In this document: positions 39,036 to 48,427 of the stretch, one piece after another
Position numbering within the stretch: position 1 is the stretch's first letter
How the letters are laid out: each line of letters begins with the position of its first letter
Program-made: the position numbers and the translations under genes
Assembly (NCBI GenBank): GCA_963706025.1
Contig: CAVPLM010000010.1
Coordinates: 1-64,000, forward strand
Direction of reading: 5' to 3'
Length of the DNA stretch: 64,000 nucleotides
Origin: an uncultured Actinomycetes bacterium
Lineage (GTDB): Bacteria; Actinomycetota; Thermoleophilia; RBG-16-64-13
Notes under the pieces: generated by a model
The model's input: only the letters and a program-made list of their open reading frames with translations
Told to the model about the DNA's origin: nothing
Database searches by the model: none

Positions 39036-39122
39036 CGGAGGGGGCGGGATTCGAACCCGCGAGACCTTGCGGCCTGCCGGTTTTCAAGACCGGTGCGATC
39101 AACCAGACTCCGCCACCCCTCC
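39036..39122 (-). tRNA. tRNA-Ser(TGA)
   Basis: GGAGGGG acceptor stem, ccggt-ctTGAaa-accgg anticodon arm, long variable arm, GGTTCGAATCC, discriminator G. Confidence 0.95.
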
Positions 39123-39263
39123 GCAGTACTGGCTGCGCGGCCGCCCGGGAGAGCGTCGCTCATCGGCACCGCACAGCGCGGCCCGATGACGCGCCCAGGG
39201 CCGCGAGGCTTCGGCTCGCCGGCCCCGGCCAGGGCTCAGTCGCGGATGCGCCGAGTATAGCTC

Positions 39264-39800
39264 CTAGTAAACGGTGACGCTTGCCGCGGCCAGCAGGATG
39301 GTGGCGAGGATGGCGATCACGATCCCGGCTATGCCGATGCCGAAGGTCACCCAGGACCACGTCTTGGCCTTGCGCGAGGACTGCTGGGCGCCGGTGATAT
39401 CTCCCAGGGCCAGCTTGTTCCCCACCTGGCTCGCATACACCACTGCCACGATGCCGGTGGGCCAGAAGCAGAGGATCAGGGTGGCGATCGCCCAGCCCAT
39501 GTAGCTGGGGACCCGGGGGACTGCCCCATATGGGGGCGTCGTCTTGTAGTACTGAGGAGCTGGGTAGGCCGGAGGGTACTGCGGCTGGTACTGCTGCTGG
39601 TACTGCTGCTGGTAGGGGGGCGGCTGCGATCCCGGCTGGTAGACTGCCGGTTGCTGCTCGACCGGCTGCCCGGCCGGCTGCTCGGTCGCCTGCGCCCCCG
39701 GCTCTTGCCATTGCTGCCGGTACTTGTCCAGATCCAGGCCACACGCGGCGCAGAACCTGGCCGACTCCTCGTTTGTGCCACCGCACTGCGGGCAATACAT
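39264..39800 (-). CDS. CD225/dispanin family protein with N-terminal zinc ribbon
   Basis: CPQC..C..C, Q/P/Y-rich linker, WAI.TL.LCF.P.GIVA..YA.QV...A..SS.KAK.W. Confidence 0.88.
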   Translation of the reverse strand: MYCPQCGGTNEESARFCAACGLDLDKYRQQWQEPGAQATEQPAGQPVEQQPAVYQPGSQPPPYQQQYQQQYQPQYPPAYPAPQYYKTTPPYGAVPRVPSYMGWAIATLILCFWPTGIVAVVYASQVGNKLALGDITGAQQSSRKAKTWSWVTFGIGIAGIVIAILATILLAAASVTVY

Positions 39801-40027
39801 GTGTGCCTCCTGTTGCGCCTGTCTTACGCCAGTCTCAGATGTCGCTCTCCCGGTTCTTACCCCATGTTAGACGCTGAAGCCGGCAAAGCGTATGTCCGAA
39901 CAACTTACCGTACCATCGGCTGCCGGAGGAAAGTGCTAAAGAACGGCGAAATTGTGCCGACAACGGAGGCATAGGGCGGAGGGACGCGCCCGAGTGACGG
40001 ACGTGTCGAAGGCGTGGAGGCTAAGCC

Positions 40028-40291
40028 ATGAAAGCGGCGTATCTCGGCGGTTTGAGAGGTCATCAGGCGGCGATCTACCGGCCGGGAGCGGGCTGGAGCG
40101 GGAACGACCAGGTTCGGCGCTTCGGTCGTCAACCGCGGGCGTTCAAGAACGACGGCCACCTGCACGTGTGCCCTTTGACCACCACCCATCGGCGTCGTCC
40201 CGGACTGCGAACCAAGACCTTCATAATCTCAATGGTGGTCGTCGTTGCGGCTCTGTTGACGTTGGTTCTGAACGCGGGCTCCCAGCTCTAG
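40028..40291 (+). CDS. Hypothetical small membrane protein
   Basis: GGAGG RBS, 87-aa ORF with C-terminal TM helix. Confidence 0.45.
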   Translation: MKAAYLGGLRGHQAAIYRPGAGWSGNDQVRRFGRQPRAFKNDGHLHVCPLTTTHRRRPGLRTKTFIISMVVVVAALLTLVLNAGSQL

Positions 40292-40315
40292 AGGCACGAG
40301 GAGAGGCTCGAGGCT

Positions 40316-40717
40316 TCAGCCCCCTTCCCCGGCGGGGGATACCACGCGGATTCCCTCACCCTCCCGCGCCGTGGACAGCACTGCTTTGACGGCGTCTGGG
40401 GCCCCGTCGATCCTTCCGAAGGGATTCACGTTGCTGTAGGCTCGCGGCAACGATCCCATGCTGGCCGGGGTGGGTCCCCAGAAGATGCAGAACGCGGCAC
40501 CCAGCGGCCAGTAGCCAAGCTCGCCCACGGCCATGTCCTGCCGGGCATCCGGGGCTTCCTCGACAGTGACGGGGATGCTGAAGTAGAGCTCATCGCCCCA
40601 ACGGGACACGTTTCCTTGCAGAGGAAGCGCAGCGCGGATGGCTGCCGCTGTCGGTGAATCATCGAAAGTAGCGTCGACCTCACCATCCTCCAGGATGATC
40701 CGCATACGGCTGGGCAT
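40316..40717 (-). CDS. Cyclophilin-like fold protein (DUF369-type)
   Basis: TA.AI..ALP, WGDE.YF, G.L.YWP.G.AFCIF.GPTP, VN.FG. Confidence 0.85.
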   Translation of the reverse strand: MPSRMRIILEDGEVDATFDDSPTAAAIRAALPLQGNVSRWGDELYFSIPVTVEEAPDARQDMAVGELGYWPLGAAFCIFWGPTPASMGSLPRAYSNVNPFGRIDGAPDAVKAVLSTAREGEGIRVVSPAGEGG

Positions 40718-40945
40718 CAGCGCCTCCTTTCCTTCAAGTCGATCGTCGGCCGGCACGGCCGTTTGTCTCAGTGGGCCGGCGGCGCACGCGGCGCGTCAAT
40801 CACGGTGGTTCACAGTCTATCCTTCCGGTGCTAGTTTGAGCAGGGACGCTTCGCCGGGACGCCGTCGGCACGACGCGATGCGCGTGACGCGCGCCGGGGC
40901 GCGAAATCGCCAGAACGAGCTTCTGACTAGGCAGGGGAGGTACAC

Positions 40946-41374
40946 GTGGCCGAGCAGACCATCAGCGACCGGGTCGGCAGATTGATCGCGGGCGACAGGC
41001 TCCTCGCGTTGTTCGGGATGGAGGTGGAAGAAGCTGGGGGGGACCACGCCCGGGTCTCGGCTGTGGTGACGGACCAGTTCTTGCAGGTCCACGGGTTGGC
41101 GCACGGCGCGTTCGTCTTTGCTCTCCTCGATGTGGCCTTCGCCCTCACCGTCAATGCGAAGGTCGACGCGGTGGCGGTGCAGTGGAGCATCAGTCAGTTC
41201 CGCTCTGCCGGCCTCGGCGAAAAGGTCACCGCCGAATGTCGCCTGCTTCACGGGGGGCGCCGCCTGATGGTGGTGGAACTAGTGGCATCTGGGGCCGAGG
41301 GAAAGGTGCTGGCTAAGGGCCAGGCAACCGCGATCCCGGTGGGAGAGAGCCCCCCACGGCAAAGAAACTGCTAG
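40946..41374 (+). CDS. PaaI-family hotdog thioesterase
   Basis: HG.AHGA..FAL.D.AFA motif. Confidence 0.85.
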   Translation: MAEQTISDRVGRLIAGDRLLALFGMEVEEAGGDHARVSAVVTDQFLQVHGLAHGAFVFALLDVAFALTVNAKVDAVAVQWSISQFRSAGLGEKVTAECRLLHGGRRLMVVELVASGAEGKVLAKGQATAIPVGESPPRQRNC

Positions 41375-41441
41375 GCCGGAGGGGCCGGGCCCGCGCCGGC
41401 TATAGGGGCCGCGCCGGCGCCCTTGTGCGTCCGACGCCGCC

Positions 41442-42955
41442 CTAGGACGCGGCTGGGCCCGCCCCCAGCACACCCGGCGCCTGTCTGATCAGGCGCACCT
41501 TCTCTGCCGCCAACCGCGGGGACAGTCCGACCGCATATATCTCGGGGTTCCGCAGACGTCTGATCTCCTCGGGCAGCGCGCCCACCTGGGCGCGCGCCCG
41601 GGCCCGGATCTCATCGAGCGAAGGCCGGTGGTCCAGGCGGGCGCCGTCGATCATCACAGGCTGCAACAGCGGTTCGCAGCGGGTTGCATCCCATACGGCC
41701 CTGAGGAACGACAGGTCGTGCCGCTCGGCGAAAGGTACCGGTGGGTAGGCCTGCCCGGGGTCTATGGAATCGGGTACCTCGTCGTCCAGGCGGATGAGGT
41801 CGGCCAGAGGGCGGTCCGCGCCGTCGTAGTAGCGTACGAGCCGCTTGCGGCCGGGGTCGGTCATCTTCGCAGGATTCGACGACAGCTTGATGCGGGGCTC
41901 CCAGGCGCCCTCGCCCGGTTGCGACCGCCACCAGCTTGTAGACTCCGCCCAGGGCCGGATGGTCGGACGAGGTGATGAGGTGCGTCCCTACTCCCCAGGA
42001 GTTGATGGGCGCCCCTTGCCGCTTGAGATCGGCGATGAGGTCCTCGTCCAGCTCGTTCGAGGCCACGATGAGCGGGTCATCGAACCCGGCCTCGGCGAAC
42101 ATCCTCCGGGCTGCCTTGCTGAGCCGGGCGAGGTCGCCGGAGTCGAGTCGGACCGCTGCGCGCACCGGCCGGCCGGCTGCGCGCAGCTCCTTGAACACGG
42201 TGACCGCGTTGGGCAACCCCGAGGTCAGCGTGTCGTAGGTGTCGACGAGCAGGATGGGGTCGGGATAGCAGGCCGCATAGGTGCGGAAGGCCTCGAGCTC
42301 GTCCTCGAAACTCATCACCCAGGAGTGGGCATGCGTGCCCTGTATCGGGATGCCGAAGACCTTGCCGGCGAGCACGTTAGACGTGCTGTCGGCGCCACCG
42401 ACGTATGCGGCCCGGGAGCCGCTCAGCCCGCCGTCGGGCCCCTGGGCCCGGCGCAGGCCGAACTCCACCAGGTTGTCGTTCGCCACAGGCCAGCCGGATG
42501 CGCGCCGCCTTGGTGGCGATCAGGGTCTGGTAGTTGAGCGTGTTGAGTACCGCGGTCTCCAGCAACTGAGCCTCGATCAGGGGCCCCTCCACCTGCAGGA
42601 TGGGCTCGTGCGGGAAGACGACCGTACCCTCGGGCACGGCCTCGATGCTGCAGCGCGACCGGAAGGTGCGCAGATAGTCGATAAAGGCCTGGTCGAAGAC
42701 TCCCAGCCCGGAAAGGTAGCTCAGGTCCTGTTCGGTGAAACGGAGGCCCTCCACCAGATCGAGCAGTTGCTCCAATCCCGCGGTGATGGCGAAACCGTTG
42801 TGAGGGGGAAGGTCGCGGAACGAGTAGTTGAAGCAGGCGGTCAGGTCCTTGCGGCCGCTCTTCCAGTAGCCCCCCATCATGGTGAGCTGGTAGAAGTCGG
42901 TCAGCAGAGCCAGGTTCTCGCGCCGGGCCCAGCGTTGGGAGACGTCGCGCTCCAT
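41442..42955 (-). CDS. pncB: Nicotinate phosphoribosyltransferase (frameshifts near 42485 and 41915)
   Basis: [53 protein letters not shown]. Confidence 0.92.
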
Positions 42956-42994
42956 CAGTGGTCGCGCTCCATCAGTGGTCGAGCTCCATCAGTG
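42944..42994 (-). repeat. 17-bp tandem repeat x3 duplicating the pncA/pncB TGATG junction
   Basis: gtcgcgctccatcagtg x2 + gtcgagctccatcagtg; encodes MELDH* and MERDH* mini-ORFs. Confidence 0.9.
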
Positions 42995-43648
42995 ATGCTC
43001 CACTGGGTTTCCATCCTCGTCGTAGTCGGCCGGCGGCCGCTCGCCCGAGTCCTCCAGTTGGTCCGACCTCACCCGTATCACTCCGGCCGCGTCCATGTCT
43101 GCCAGAGCTTGGGCGGTGGTCTCCGGGGCGACGCCGCGCACGGCGTCTTCCACCAGGTAGACGGTGAAGCCTGCGGCCCGCGCATCCAGCGCCGTCTCCC
43201 GTACGCAGTAGTCGGTGGCCAGACCGGTGATGAACACCCGCTCGACCTTGCGATGGCGGAGGAACCGGCCCAGGTCGAACCGGTCCACCTGGAAGGCGCT
43301 GTAGGCCTCGTGGAGGGCGTCGTCGGCCTTGCTGACCAGGATGGCGTTCATGGGCATCTCCAGACCGGCGCACCATTCCGCGCCCGGCGTTCCCTGCACG
43401 GCGTGTGGCGGCCAGGAGCCATCGCGGAACTCCGGTCGATCGGAGAAGCTGACGTGATCGGCAGGGTGCCAGTCGCGGGTGTAGACCCAGCGGCCGAAAA
43501 GAGGGACGATGCGGTTGATCACGGGGATGACCTCGTCCCCTCCTGGGACCCCCAGGCTCCCGCCCGGGCAGAAATCCCGCTGCACGTCGGCCACGATAAG
43601 GGCGTCCCGGGCCCCGATGAGTATCCGTCCTTCCGCGCTCGCTTCCAC
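42989..43648 (-). CDS. pncA: Nicotinamidase
   Basis: D.Q.DFCPGGSL, TRDWHP..H.SF, WP.H.VQGT.GA, YSAF, GLATDYCV. Confidence 0.93.
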   Translation of the reverse strand: MEASAEGRILIGARDALIVADVQRDFCPGGSLGVPGGDEVIPVINRIVPLFGRWVYTRDWHPADHVSFSDRPEFRDGSWPPHAVQGTPGAEWCAGLEMPMNAILVSKADDALHEAYSAFQVDRFDLGRFLRHRKVERVFITGLATDYCVRETALDARAAGFTVYLVEDAVRGVAPETTAQALADMDAAGVIRVRSDQLEDSGERPPADYDEDGNPVEHH

Positions 43649-43650
43649 CT

Positions 43651-44927
43651 TCAGCTCCTCAGTGCGTCCATGCCGGCGGGCAGATAGGGCCGCAGCGCGG
43701 CCGGGACCTCGATGCTTCCGTCCTCGGTCTGGTAGTTCTCCATGATGGCGATGATGGTGCGGCCGATCGCGACCACGGTCCCGTTGAGGGTGTGGAGCAG
43801 ATACGGCCCGCCCTTGTCTCCCTTGGCCCGCACCTTCAGGCGTCGCGCCTGGTAGTCGGTGCAGTTGGAGCAGGAGGTCACCTCGCGGTAGCGCTCCTGG
43901 GTGGGCAGCCAGGCCTCCAGGTCGTACTTCTTGGCGGCCGGCGCGCCCAGGTCGCCGGCGGCGATGTTGACCGCCCGGTAGGGGAGCCCGAGCTCCTGCA
44001 GGATCTCCTCCTCGATGGAGCGCATGAAGTCGTGCTCTTCGCTCGATCTGTCGGGGGCGCAGAAGCTGAACATCTCCACCTTGTCGAACTGGTGCACCCG
44101 GAAGATGCCGCGGGTGTCCTTGCCGGCGGCCCCCGCCTCGCGCCGGAAGCAACTGGAGTAGCCCACGTAGCGCAGGGGAAGCTCGGCCTCGTCCAGGATC
44201 TCGTCCATGTGCAGAGCGGCCAGCGGGACCTCCGAGGTGCCCACCAGGTTCAGCCCGTCGGCCTCCACGCGGTAGACCTGCTGCATGTCGGTGGGGAAGA
44301 AGCCGGTGCCGTACATGGCCTCGTCGCGCACCAGCACCGGCACCACCACCGGCCGGAAGCCTTTGGAGGCAAGTTTCTGCAGGGCGAACTGCACCAGCGC
44401 GAACTGCAGGAACACCAGGTCGCCCTTGAGATAGGCGAAGCGGCTGCCCGAGGTACGGGCTCCGCGCTCCATGTCGATGAGGTCGCGGTCCAGAGCCAGG
44501 TCGAGGTGGTCCAGGGGGGGGAAGGCGAACTTCCGAGGAGTGCCCCAGTGGTGCATCACCACCGAGTCTTCTTCGCCCCCGGCCGGGGCGGACGGTTCGG
44601 GCAGGTTGGGCACCTGGAGCAGCTCCTCCTCCAGCAAGGCTTCCACGTCCTTGAGCCTCGCCTCCAGGTCCTTGATCTCGTCGCCCACGACCCGCATGGC
44701 CTCGATCTTGGCCGTCGCGTCTTCGCTTGTTGCGCTTGGCGCGGGCGATCTCCTCGCTCACCGCGTTCCGCAGGCTGCGTCTCTCCTCCACCTCCACCAG
44801 GATCTCCCGGCGCCGGCGGTCGAGTTCCAGCAGCTCCTCCAGTGCGGCCTCGGCCTGGGCGCCGCGGCGGCGCAGCGCCTCGCGCACCGAGCTCGGGTTC
44901 GCTGCGGATGAGCTTGAGGTCGAGCAC
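43651..44927 (-). CDS. serS: Serine--tRNA ligase (frameshifts near 44895 and 44725)
   Basis: MLDLKLIR, GSRF.YL, GTSEV, CFRREAG, RVHQFDKVE, SCSNCTDYQARR, HTLNG. Confidence 0.95.
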
Positions 44928-44967
44928 GAGCTCTCCTAGGGCAGGGTGATCAAGAGCGGAGCGAACG

Positions 44968-45917
44968 TCATGGCCGCGTCGACTGGCGGGGCGGCCGTCC
45001 CACCGGGTAGCTGCCCAGCACGGTCAGACGGGGCAGCTTGCAGCACAGGCAGCGCAGGGCGTCGGCCACCGGAGCGTCGTCCACCTTGCCCTCCATGTCG
45101 ACGAGGAAGATGTAGTCGCCCAACCTCCGCTTCGAAGGCCGGGATTCGATCTTGGTCAGGTTGATGTGGCGGAAAGCGAACTCCTGCAGGATCAGAAGCA
45201 GCGCGCCCGGCTGGTCCTTGATGATCTCGCACACCACCGAGGTCTTGTAGGGCTCGAACCAATCCTGGCGCTCTCGCTGCCGGGCCAGGAACACGAAGCG
45301 GGTCTCGTTGTCATTATGATCTTCGATATCGGCCTCGAGCACCGCGCAACCGTACCGTTTACCCGCCAGCTGGTTGCCGATGGCCGCCCAGGGCTCCTGC
45401 GAAGACGCGACCCGCTCGACCGCGTTGGCGGTGGAGTTGGCGGCTTCGACCTCCCGACCGGGCAGGTTGCGGCGCAGCCAACCGCGGCACTGGGCATTGG
45501 CGTGCGGGTGTGAGAACACCTTGGTGATCTGGTCGAGGGTCACCCCGGGGCGAGCCAGGAGGCTGTGGCGGATCGGGTGCCGTACCTCTCGGACGATCTG
45601 CAGGTTGTCGATCTCGTGAGCCAGGATGTCGACCGTCGCCGAAACCGAGCCCTCTATGGAGTTCTCGATGGGGACGATGGCGCAATCGACCTCGCCGGTC
45701 GACACCGCCTCGATGGTGTCCTGCATGGTGGGAAGGGCACGAACTCCCGGTTGCGGCCTTCGGGCTCTTCCTCGCCCAGGGTGGCCCGAAGCGCCTCCTC
45801 CGTGAAAGTGCCGCCTGGCCCCAGGAAGCCGAGTGTCGACGCGGCCAGGGGGAGCGGCTCGCTCAGGGACGATACCGGCCAGCGGGCAAGATCACGACCG
45901 GCGGGTTCACAGCTCAC
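44968..45917 (-). CDS. pheA: Prephenate dehydratase (frameshift near 45735)
   Basis: FLGP.GTFTEEA, VPIENSIEGSV, SHP.A.AQC, N.TRF, ACT domain NLTKIESRP. Confidence 0.92.
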
Positions 45918-46747
45918 GGTCGTCCACCTCTCCCTGGGAGCCGGCGTACATCGGCCCCGTTGTCGGCCCCGAGCCGGGCGGCTTTCTGCTCCTCGAGGAA
46001 CTGGTCTGCCAGGGTCGCGCCTGCCGGAGTCGGGGTCTGGGGTTCCTCCCATCCCTTGGCCGACGGTACCACCACCTCTTCCACCGGGGGCAGGCCCTGG
46101 CGCTTGCGCCTGCGGTTCTCTCTCGCGACCTCCCTATCGTTCTGGGGGCGGCGGCCCGGGATACCCACCGACACGGGCACTTCCTCCGCCTCCAAGTCCG
46201 CACCCTTGTCGGTGCCCAGGCTGTTGGCGAGGCCGCCTTCCACCCGGGGCCGGATGGTGAAGGGACCGCTGCCGCGTGCCTGCTCCACCGCCTCGCTCTC
46301 CTCCGGCGCCAAAGGTATGTCGGGACCCCCTTCTTTGAGGAGCTTCACGTACATGCGGGCGAAATCACGACTGACCACGGTCGTGATGACCACGCCGTCC
46401 CCTTGGCTGTTGAGGAGGGCCACCGCGGTGCTTTGCCTGCCGCCCAGGTCCTGATAGGCATCGAAGCGCACTATGCCCACCCGAGAGAAGGAACTGTCCA
46501 AGCGCACGTCGTGATCCCGGACTGCCAGGGTGAGGTCCTCCAGGGCGACGCGCATGTTTACGAGCTTCTCGTCCAGGGTCGTCACGTGCTCGACGATATC
46601 GACCGTCCCTCGGGAGCCCATGATCACATGCTGATTGTGCTGATAGCGCTGGAGGCGTCTATAGACCAGCGCCAGCCCGACTCCGGCGGCCGCGGCGATA
46701 ACTATGGCCACGATGGCGACGATCTCGAATGCCTGCTCTGCGCTCAT
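45914..46747 (-). CDS. DUF4446-like membrane-anchored protein
   Basis: N-terminal TM, VRFDA..D.GG.QS...ALL..G.G, R.Y.K, L.PEE..A. Confidence 0.75.
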   Translation of the reverse strand: MSAEQAFEIVAIVAIVIAAAAGVGLALVYRRLQRYQHNQHVIMGSRGTVDIVEHVTTLDEKLVNMRVALEDLTLAVRDHDVRLDSSFSRVGIVRFDAYQDLGGRQSTAVALLNSQGDGVVITTVVSRDFARMYVKLLKEGGPDIPLAPEESEAVEQARGSGPFTIRPRVEGGLANSLGTDKGADLEAEEVPVSVGIPGRRPQNDREVARENRRRKRQGLPPVEEVVVPSAKGWEEPQTPTPAGATLADQFLEEQKAARLGADNGADVRRLPGRGGRP

Positions 46748-46756
46748 TCCAGACCC

Positions 46757-47838
46757 CTAGAGTGTGAAGATGACGTCGGCCTCTATCCAGTTGTTGTCCT
46801 TATACTTCTCGTCCTTGACCGGTCCTACCTCCACCCTTAACAGGGCTACCTCGCCATAGGCCGTGGGATTCAGGCCCTCGACGGTGATCGTCTGGTCCTC
46901 TTTGGGTTTCAGCTCGGGGATCTCGACCGTGACTTTCTGGGGTTCTGTAGAATCGGCGGAAAGGAGAGTGACGACGACCGGCACGTTCTTCTCTGCCATG
47001 TTCCCCTGGTTCTCGACGGTAACCTGGAAGGCCAGCTCGTCACTGGACTGGAGGTTGTAGGTGTCGCCGCTGACGATCTCCTTCTCATCGGGCATGGCCA
47101 CCAGTCTTGACAGAGCCACTCCGTGGACGGCCTGGAGGTTACCCGTGCTCTTCAGTTTGGCAAGGATCTGCTGGACCTGAGATTTAGAGGCGATATCCGG
47201 GTCGGGAAGGAACTCAGTGTCGGGGACGATGACCCCGGTAAGCTGCTTTTCCTTGAGGATCTCGGTGGCCTTGGGCATGAAGACCTCCCTGTAAAGGAAG
47301 TCCGAGTTGGTCAGATAGTAGAGCGAGCGGGAAATCTGCTCGGACGACACCTCTGTGTCCTGCACCTCGAGAGCGTTCATGAGGGAAGGCTTGAGATCCG
47401 TCAGCCCCGTGTGGCGGAACGCCATGACCATCACGAAGAACTGGTGGATGTTCTGTTCGATGAACGCGTTCGGAGCCTCAAGGGCTTTGGCTTCCAGCTT
47501 CAACCTCTCCGACGTGGCGAGGTATTGGTCGAGCTGGGTCTGGATCTCGGCGCGGGTGGTGTCACCTGGGTCGGTGAGCAGGCCGGCCAATTCGGCACCC
47601 AACGCGTCCGATTGCTCGAGGATGTCGGCCACTCCGCTCATGTAGCGCTGGTAGTCGGCGGCTTCATCGCCACCCATGACGCTCCGGACCACGACGACGA
47701 TGACCACCACCACGATGATGATGCCTGCCAGCAGCAGGATCAGTCGGAGCAGAGGCTTGGGCAGGAGCTTGCAACTGCCGCCGTTTCTGCTCTCCCGTGG
47801 CTATCGGCTAGAGTGTCGTCCTTGTCCAGATCGGTCAT
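46757..47838 (-). CDS. Membrane-anchored protein with C-terminal CARDB/Ig-like domain (5' end probably frameshifted)
   Basis: TM LILLLAGIIIVVVIVVV, VTVENQGN..E.NV.V, E....NN; open frame 46757-47713 and upstream ATG 47838 out of frame. Confidence 0.65.
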
Positions 47839-47861
47839 ACGCAGTGGCAACGCGAGAATGA

Positions 47862-47948
47862 TGGTGGGCGAGGGGGGACTTGAACCCCCATGAGCGTAAG
47901 CTCACTAGACCCTGAACCTAGCGCGTCTGCCAATTCCGCCACTCGCCC
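47862..47948 (-). tRNA. tRNA-Leu(CAG)
   Basis: GGGCGAG acceptor stem, ctagg-ttCAGgg-tctag anticodon arm, variable arm, GGTTCAAGTCC, encoded CCA; extended -10 TGTTATACT at 47961-47969. Confidence 0.95.
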
Positions 47949-48004
47949 GGAGTGCGCACGAGTATAACATAGCCCCCCGTGACGCCTATCCTTACGGTGA
48001 GTGA

Positions 48005-48216
48005 GCCCCGGGGCGGGCGTGTCTCTTCCGGCTGCGCGCGGAGCCCCCGAGCCCAACCGCTCCTATCAGCAAGCTCTCGGGGGCCGGGTATCTGCTCCGG
48101 CTGCGCGCAAAAGCCTGCGCGACTCCTCCCCCAGACACCCGGCCCCCGAGAGGTCCCTGACTATCAGTCGGGCTCGGGGGCCCCACGCGGACCATGAGGT
48201 GCGCCCGCCCCGGGGC
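48005..48216. other. Nested inverted repeats forming a 212-nt rod (candidate structured RNA or MITE-like element)
   Basis: Stems 48005-48019/48202-48216, 48043-48054/48170-48181, 48074-48094/48132-48152. Confidence 0.6.
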
Positions 48217-48340
48217 CCCTTACGGTCAGGTCCGGCATTGCAGGGCGCTCTCTTATGATGAGAAGGTTTGGAATAGGTGGGCTGATGTCCGTTCGCGGGG
48301 CAGTCGCGCCCGGCGCCCCGCCGCCCCACCCTTCGGTCAG

Positions 48341-48405
48341 TGCGCTGATACCCGTTCGTGGAAGGGTCGCACCCGCGCAGCTGGAAGCGAACGGGTATCA
48401 GCGCA
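48341..48405. repeat. 18-bp perfect inverted repeat upstream of the kinase gene
   Basis: tgcgctgatacccgttcg / cgaacgggtatcagcgca, 29-nt spacer. Confidence 0.85.
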
Positions 48406-48427
48406 GCCCTGACGATATACTGGGGCC

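Noticed and set aside
39036-39122. tRNA-Sec, given the selenoprotein and 'tca' on the + strand
   Set aside because: The transcribed strand has anticodon TGA and a standard 7-bp acceptor stem, so it is tRNA-Ser
42989-44887. Apparent 632-aa SerS-PncA fusion ORF
   Set aside because: Produced by a serS frameshift; serS has its own stop at 43651 and pncA its own GTG at 43648
48222-48250. SRP RNA (gtcaggtccgg)
   Set aside because: The conserved GGAAGGAAGCAG continuation is absent
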